Origin: an uncultured bacterium
Lineage (GTDB): Bacteria; Babelota; Babeliae; Babelales; Vermiphilaceae
Length of the DNA: 64,000 bases
Assembly: GCA_963702025.1 (NCBI GenBank)
Contig: OY969699.1
Span: 1,532,034-1,596,033 of the forward strand
Direction of reading: 5' to 3'
Part shown: positions 58,569-64,000 of the stretch, one piece after another
How the letters are laid out: each line of letters begins with the position of its first letter
How positions within the stretch are numbered: position 1 is the stretch's first letter
Notes under the pieces: model-generated
Databases searched by the model: none
The model's input: only the letters and a program-made list of their open reading frames with translations
What the model was told of the DNA's origin: nothing
Program-made: the position numbers and the translations under genes

Positions 58569-60180
58569 AAATAGAAGTATCTTAATTTTGTTATTTTTCT
58601 TTATTGGCTACCTTATTGCAGTTATAAATCTGGTCTATCTGCAACTGGTGCAACATCAATTTTTTGTACAGCTGGGCCAAAAACAATATCAGACCTCCAT
58701 TACCAGTCTACCGCCGCGGGGGCTCATTATTGATAGAACAGGAAAACATTTTTTAGCGCTGAACAAAGATTCAATTGCCGCATTTATACTGCCCCGTCAG
58801 CTGGAAATGAAACCGCAACTACAAAAGTTTCTGGCAAAATATTTTCCGCATGCCAATGAACGTCTGGCTACCCATTCTCATGCCCATTTTTTATATGTGC
58901 AGCGCAAATTAACCCCGCAACAAATTGATCTGATTACCAACAGTGGTATCACCGACATAAAATTTTTAAATGAACCGAGCCGTTACTACCCCCTTCCTGC
59001 ATCTGCCAGCCTTATTGGGCTTACCGATATCGATAATAAAGGATTATTTGGCCTCGAACTAGAATTTGATCAACAACTATCAGGCACACCAAGCACTGTT
59101 GTCCTTGAAAAAGATGCGCGATCGGGCCATTTTTATTTTAGCCGCCATTTAGATCAAGAGGGATCGAGTGCGCAGCAACTCCAACTCACCATAGATAGCG
59201 ATTTGCAATACTTGGTGTATGAAACGCTCCTCGAAACGGTTGCCAAATATAATGCAAAAGAAGGTGCGGCAATTATCATCGATCCGCAAAACGGTGACAT
59301 TCTGGCAATGGTAAATGTACCGAGTTTTGACCCTAATAATTTTAAAGATATCGATCCGGCTCTCACTAAAAATACCTGCGTAACCGAAGCATATGAACTG
59401 GGATCGGTATTTAAAATCTGCACCGCGCTTGCCGCCCTTGAAGAAAACGTGGTGACGCCCGATGAACTGATTGATTGTAAAAACACCAAAACAACCTATA
59501 TTGACGGCCGTAAAATTAATACGGTGCATGAAGCGGGCATTATTCCTTTTGAACAGGTGATTGCGCAATCGAATAATATCGGTATCGCACAGGTTGCCAA
59601 ACGGCTCGATACTAAATTATATAATCATTATCTGCGGCTCGGGTTTAGCAAAAAAACCGGCATTCCGTTTCCGGGTGAAAATAAAGGGTTTATCAATCCC
59701 CCGGCAAATTGGTCCAAGCAATCAATCATCTCATTATCCTACGGCTATGAAGTAACTGCTAATTTACTTCAACTGGCACGCGCATTTTCTATCATTGCCA
59801 ATGGCGGCTACTGGATAGATCCTCGGCTCACTTTTGATCGTCAACAAACCAAGCAAAAATTATATCATGATGAACCGATTGCGATTGTGAAAAATATGCT
59901 GGAACAAACAACAGCACAAGGAACAGCACGCAAGGCACATATTAAGGGCTATCGGGTTATGTGCAAAACCGGCACGGCAAATATGCTGGAAGATGGTCAT
60001 TATAACCCGGACCGCAATATTTTTACCTGTGCCGGCATCATTGAAAAAAATGGCTATCAACGAGTAATTATCACCTTTATCAAAGAAGCTGCACAAAAAG
60101 ATTTATATGCATCAATGGTTGCTGCGCCGCTCTTTGAACAGATTGCTGAAAAAATGCTCATCAAGGATCGGATTATTTAG
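58552..60180 (+). CDS. ftsI: Class B penicillin-binding protein (FtsI/PBP3)
   Basis: RGLIIDR, RYYP, GLFGLE, LTID, GSVFK (SxxK), SNN (SxN), KTGTA. Confidence 0.88.
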   Translation: MTHIHKNRSILILLFFFIGYLIAVINLVYLQLVQHQFFVQLGQKQYQTSITSLPPRGLIIDRTGKHFLALNKDSIAAFILPRQLEMKPQLQKFLAKYFPHANERLATHSHAHFLYVQRKLTPQQIDLITNSGITDIKFLNEPSRYYPLPASASLIGLTDIDNKGLFGLELEFDQQLSGTPSTVVLEKDARSGHFYFSRHLDQEGSSAQQLQLTIDSDLQYLVYETLLETVAKYNAKEGAAIIIDPQNGDILAMVNVPSFDPNNFKDIDPALTKNTCVTEAYELGSVFKICTALAALEENVVTPDELIDCKNTKTTYIDGRKINTVHEAGIIPFEQVIAQSNNIGIAQVAKRLDTKLYNHYLRLGFSKKTGIPFPGENKGFINPPANWSKQSIISLSYGYEVTANLLQLARAFSIIANGGYWIDPRLTFDRQQTKQKLYHDEPIAIVKNMLEQTTAQGTARKAHIKGYRVMCKTGTANMLEDGHYNPDRNIFTCAGIIEKNGYQRVIITFIKEAAQKDLYASMVAAPLFEQIAEKMLIKDRII

Positions 60181-63100
60181 TAATTATCAAGCAAATTATC
60201 AAGACCTTGAATGAATTGTTCAACCTTATCCTTCCTGGCTTTTTCTTTTGATAATAATTTCACAATTTCTTTAGCATCGCCAACGGCAGTCAGTAATTCG
60301 ATGCGTTCTTTTAAACGTGGATTTTGTTTTAATTCCTCATTGGCTTCTTCTTGTGATAATAATTTCACAATTGCTTTCGCCTCACCAATAGCCATTAGTA
60401 ATTCAGTGCATTCCTTTAAACGTCGATTTTGTTTTTTTAATTCCTCACAAGCCTGCTTAATATTTTTTAAAACACAATTCAATTTTTTCTTGTCCAGTGC
60501 ACTTTTAGCAGTATCTATGATTACTTCAATAGCCGTCATAAAGAAAGATTTTTTTTGAACAGCAAGTCCTTTAGTTTTATTGAAATATTCAAGCGAATCG
60601 TCATCATAACTTTCTCTGACAACACCGGATTCCGCAAGAGTACGTCCCATAATCAGATTAGCGGATGCTATGACATTGTATGTCCGAGCTAATATATTTT
60701 TATCTAACTCATTATGTGATGCTTTATAGCGCTTCTCAATTTTTTGTGACCATTTTTTTAATTCATCCAAAAATTTATCCGAAAGACAAAGAGAAGTGAG
60801 CGCAGCATTGGTCACCCTATTTTTGACCATGCAACTGAGAAGGCTCCTATCTAAATAATCCAAAAGACGTTGTTCACTGCGTAAAGGATCATTTTCTTGG
60901 AATGATTCCGGATGCGATAACCCGAGATATGCTTGGATAAGACGTGTGGATTGCGTAAATGTTTCATCCTTACCGGCAAGCTCAAGAAAGTTGCAGATTT
61001 CGCGGTAATTTTTACTTGTGTCAGCGTTATATAATAATGCATGACCCAACAAATAAAGAGATTTCCTGTCCGCCGGATCAATTAAGATTGCACGTCTTAA
61101 ATATTCTTCTGCTTCTTTAAATTTATCATCTTCAATAAGCGCCTCGGCCAACTCGATCATAGCACCATGATTGTGATAGTCTCCGGCTAGTTTTTCCAGT
61201 ATTGCTTTCCCTTTATTTTTCTCAAAGCGAGGCGACAATTTTACGGTGTATAAATGGAGATGAGCAAGTGCCAACCCAGCCTCCTCACTCCCATTTTTTG
61301 CAGCAATTTCCAGCAATTGTATTCCGTGATTCAGATCTGCCCATGGCATCTCTTGCAAAGATCCCATAACATGGAGCATTCCGAGCACACCATTAAATTC
61401 TGGATCAACTTCGGCGAGTTCAACGGTGGAATCAAGTATTTTTATCGTTTCAGCTGCTACTTGAGTAACGGTGCAATCCTTGATCCCTTTAACCGTATTT
61501 ACCAAGAGGCCCATTAATTTCTTTTGAGCGAACACAAGAGTTTCATAATCTTTATTGTTTTTCGGTTTACCTAATTCGAGCAATCTATATCTTGTAATTA
61601 ACAGTGCAGTACTCAGAATCTGTGCATCATTGTCGGCATCACAAAAATCATTAATCGCATCTGCCAACCCCGAAGAGAAAAAAAGATTTTTTTCTTCATC
61701 AGATTTACTCTTAAATGCTATGATTTCTGCATCATTAATCTTCGAAAAAATATTTTCAATAGTACTTTCATGCCGATTTAAGTCTTGTGAGCCCGTTGTT
61801 AAGAATACCATTTGCGGAAACATCTGTTGCAAAGATTTACTCAGTTCTTTAAATCGAACGCAACCAATCGCAAACTTTGCAATGGCGATGCGTGCATTAA
61901 GATCCTCACCAAAAAGCTCCTCTAAACACATGGCAGCATTCTGCAATATTGTATAATATTGGATATGCCGATGATCCCACTGCAATAATGCAGTAATAAA
62001 AGATCTCTTTGCTGCTTGCAATGACTGTTCACTGCCTAAGCCATCACGTTGCATAATACCCAAATATGCTATTGCACCCACATTGACACGGGCCGCTTCT
62101 TGTCTGAATTGGTTATAGGCAAGAGCAAAGTTGCCGGATTCAAGATTTTTAATTGCCTGCTCATACAGAGAAACATTCGCTTGCATTTGTATTGCATTAT
62201 TTTCTTTGTCAGCGGCCTCCTGCGCACTGTTGTTTTCTTTCGGATTTGTTTTTTCAACGGCAATCAATGCCTTATTAATCATTGATCGCATTTCATTGGT
62301 GACATATCCACCACAGCCAAATTTATAGCCAAATCCCTGCTGATAGATATCCTGTAATACATTATGCGAAGGCTTATATCCCAGCGTTGTTGCTTCTATC
62401 AAATTTTCTAGCGCGCGCAACGCAAACTGTTGTCCTTTGCCAACTGTTCCCAATAAATTGAGTATTCCGAACTTCTGCAACCCTGCCGGAAATTTTTTGA
62501 GTGCTGATTGTTCAAAATAGGTGATCGCCTTTGCCATTATATCTTTGTTTTTAAGTTCACCGGCCATAATCTCTAGCTGGGAGCCGTTGATTAAATCCAA
62601 TTCACCCAATGCTATTTTATTCCCACTATAAGGAAACGGCGCATTCTTTGCCTTTTGAATTAATTCTTGCACTTCTTTCACCATCTTGAGTCTTTCTGCC
62701 GGTTTGCGCCATTCAAGCTTTTCATTAAGTGGCAACCGATTAAATATGGTGATTGCTCGCGCATAGGAGGCCCATCCTTTTCCTTGTTGTTCAAGCTTCT
62801 TTAAATAATCGGCGCATCCGATACGCTCAAATAGTTCGAAATTATTTTTTTTAGACGCATTCTCTTCAGCTTTGAGAAAAGCCATATACGCAACGCGCTC
62901 ATCCCATTCACCCAATCCCATGGTAAAGTGATAAAAAAGATCCGGATTGGCAAAATCTGTTTTGATACGCTCATCTGCGTTTTGAGTATTTATCCCCATA
63001 ACAAGAACACATTGGGTCATTAATTTTTGCGATAGCACCTTTTTAAGCTCTTTTTCTTCCGGTTTACAGATGTTAATGGCTTGTGAAAAAAAGGTAGCAG

Positions 63101-64000
63101 CTTTGAGAAAGGCCTGCCCATTAAAGGGAATAACATTATAGGTAGTCGAATCTTTCAATGCGTTGATAGCCGGCAAATATCCTTGCCGTGCCGCTTGATC
63201 CAAATAGAATTCACCAAGTTTTTTTGGTTCGGATATGGCATTAACAAAATAGCGCTCCGGCATATTTGTTAAAAATGCATGCGCAGCCATTGCCGCACTT
63301 GAACTCTCCTCTTGATCCGCGTCGCCTTCATCAGCTTTTTTGATAAGCGTTTTAAGCGCCCTGTTAAAGAGCAAAACAGTATTTTCATCATTTTCATTGC
63401 TTTTATCATTGCATAGTTCCGGAAGGGCTTGCGTAGCAAGAAGCAGCAAATCATCATGATCCATGCAATATTCAATCAGTTGTTTTTTAAATAGAATGTT
63501 CGGCGTGGTCAGAGCATGTTGCATATAGCGGTGGGCCATCTGGCGATATTGGTCATTTTTTCTTTTACCATTTTTGTACAGATCGTTAAATGCGGTAAAA
63601 CTTGCCCGATGATCTTTTAGGCGCCCCACTACTCGTTCATGTATTGCAAGATCAGTAGCATGTAGGGCTACATTCTTCATCGCCAATTGCATGTCATCGG
63701 CCAATTCATTTTGCGCAACCATATCAAGAGCATCAGTTTTAGTAAATAAATCATCAAGAAATCCGATTATTTTTTTTTGATCAATATTAGTTAATGCGAG
63801 TAATTTACATCCGGCGCGAATGTGACCCTTGGCATAGGCATCAGCAAAAGTTGGGGCCGCATGCTCAATGCATTCTGCGTCAACCATCTCAAGCGCAAGA
63901 GAATAAAGCTGCCATCCACTCAGATTTTTTTTATACTCAGCAATGCAATCGCTAGCAAAAAGTTTTGATTTTACTATTTTTGCTTCTGATTTTTTTTCTT
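60177..64000 (-). CDS. Large Sel1/TPR-repeat-like protein; N-terminus beyond the right edge
   Basis: AARQGYLPA, AYLGIMQRDGLG, AAKNGSEEA, YLRRAILIDP; the frame stays open from 63887 to 64000. Confidence 0.78.
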   Translation of the reverse strand, partial: EKKSEAKIVKSKLFASDCIAEYKKNLSGWQLYSLALEMVDAECIEHAAPTFADAYAKGHIRAGCKLLALTNIDQKKIIGFLDDLFTKTDALDMVAQNELADDMQLAMKNVALHATDLAIHERVVGRLKDHRASFTAFNDLYKNGKRKNDQYRQMAHRYMQHALTTPNILFKKQLIEYCMDHDDLLLLATQALPELCNDKSNENDENTVLLFNRALKTLIKKADEGDADQEESSSAAMAAHAFLTNMPERYFVNAISEPKKLGEFYLDQAARQGYLPAINALKDSTTYNVIPFNGQAFLKAATFFSQAINICKPEEKELKKVLSQKLMTQCVLVMGINTQNADERIKTDFANPDLFYHFTMGLGEWDERVAYMAFLKAEENASKKNNFELFERIGCADYLKKLEQQGKGWASYARAITIFNRLPLNEKLEWRKPAERLKMVKEVQELIQKAKNAPFPYSGNKIALGELDLINGSQLEIMAGELKNKDIMAKAITYFEQSALKKFPAGLQKFGILNLLGTVGKGQQFALRALENLIEATTLGYKPSHNVLQDIYQQGFGYKFGCGGYVTNEMRSMINKALIAVEKTNPKENNSAQEAADKENNAIQMQANVSLYEQAIKNLESGNFALAYNQFRQEAARVNVGAIAYLGIMQRDGLGSEQSLQAAKRSFITALLQWDHRHIQYYTILQNAAMCLEELFGEDLNARIAIAKFAIGCVRFKELSKSLQQMFPQMVFLTTGSQDLNRHESTIENIFSKINDAEIIAFKSKSDEEKNLFFSSGLADAINDFCDADNDAQILSTALLITRYRLLELGKPKNNKDYETLVFAQKKLMGLLVNTVKGIKDCTVTQVAAETIKILDSTVELAEVDPEFNGVLGMLHVMGSLQEMPWADLNHGIQLLEIAAKNGSEEAGLALAHLHLYTVKLSPRFEKNKGKAILEKLAGDYHNHGAMIELAEALIEDDKFKEAEEYLRRAILIDPADRKSLYLLGHALLYNADTSKNYREICNFLELAGKDETFTQSTRLIQAYLGLSHPESFQENDPLRSEQRLLDYLDRSLLSCMVKNRVTNAALTSLCLSDKFLDELKKWSQKIEKRYKASHNELDKNILARTYNVIASANLIMGRTLAESGVVRESYDDDSLEYFNKTKGLAVQKKSFFMTAIEVIIDTAKSALDKKKLNCVLKNIKQACEELKKQNRRLKECTELLMAIGEAKAIVKLLSQEEANEELKQNPRLKERIELLTAVGDAKEIVKLLSKEKARKDKVEQFIQGLDNLLDNY

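Noticed and set aside
59149..63475. Numerous short antisense or alternative-frame ORFs within ftsI and the Sel1/TPR-like gene (and similar ones throughout the window)
   Set aside because: They are fully nested in long genes with clear motifs and have no independent coding signal.

Overview
AT-rich bacterial chromosome segment. Gene style (many MKK-type signal peptides, eukaryote-like domains, BamA, FtsI) suggests an intracellular protist parasite such as Candidatus Babelota (Dependentiae/TM6); this taxonomy is inference only. Bases 1-32 kb form a glycosylation/methylation island of about 25 genes (glycosyltransferases, SAM methyltransferases, a sulfotransferase, WecB, two Gmd and two uncharacterised proteins). 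Almost all carry an apparent N-terminal signal peptide, although these families are normally cytoplasmic. The island ends in two EamA transporters and has two IS insertions whose target genes can be rebuilt exactly. Bases 32-37 kb hold five tRNA genes. Each has a covarying hairpin element that starts at its CCA end, and a small GIY-YIG nuclease plus a truncated paralog lie among them. Bases 37-54 kb encode candidate secreted effectors (C2H2 zinc-finger protein, Dps, carotenoid oxygenase, collagen-like protein), a four-Cache-domain protein, a direct-repeat-flanked pair of RlaP-like nucleotidyltransferases and decayed toxin-antitoxin modules. Bases 53-64 kb hold cysS, bamA, ftsL-ftsI and a large Sel1/TPR-like protein running off the right edge. 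Protein family calls come from motif recognition by eye; no database searches were run.
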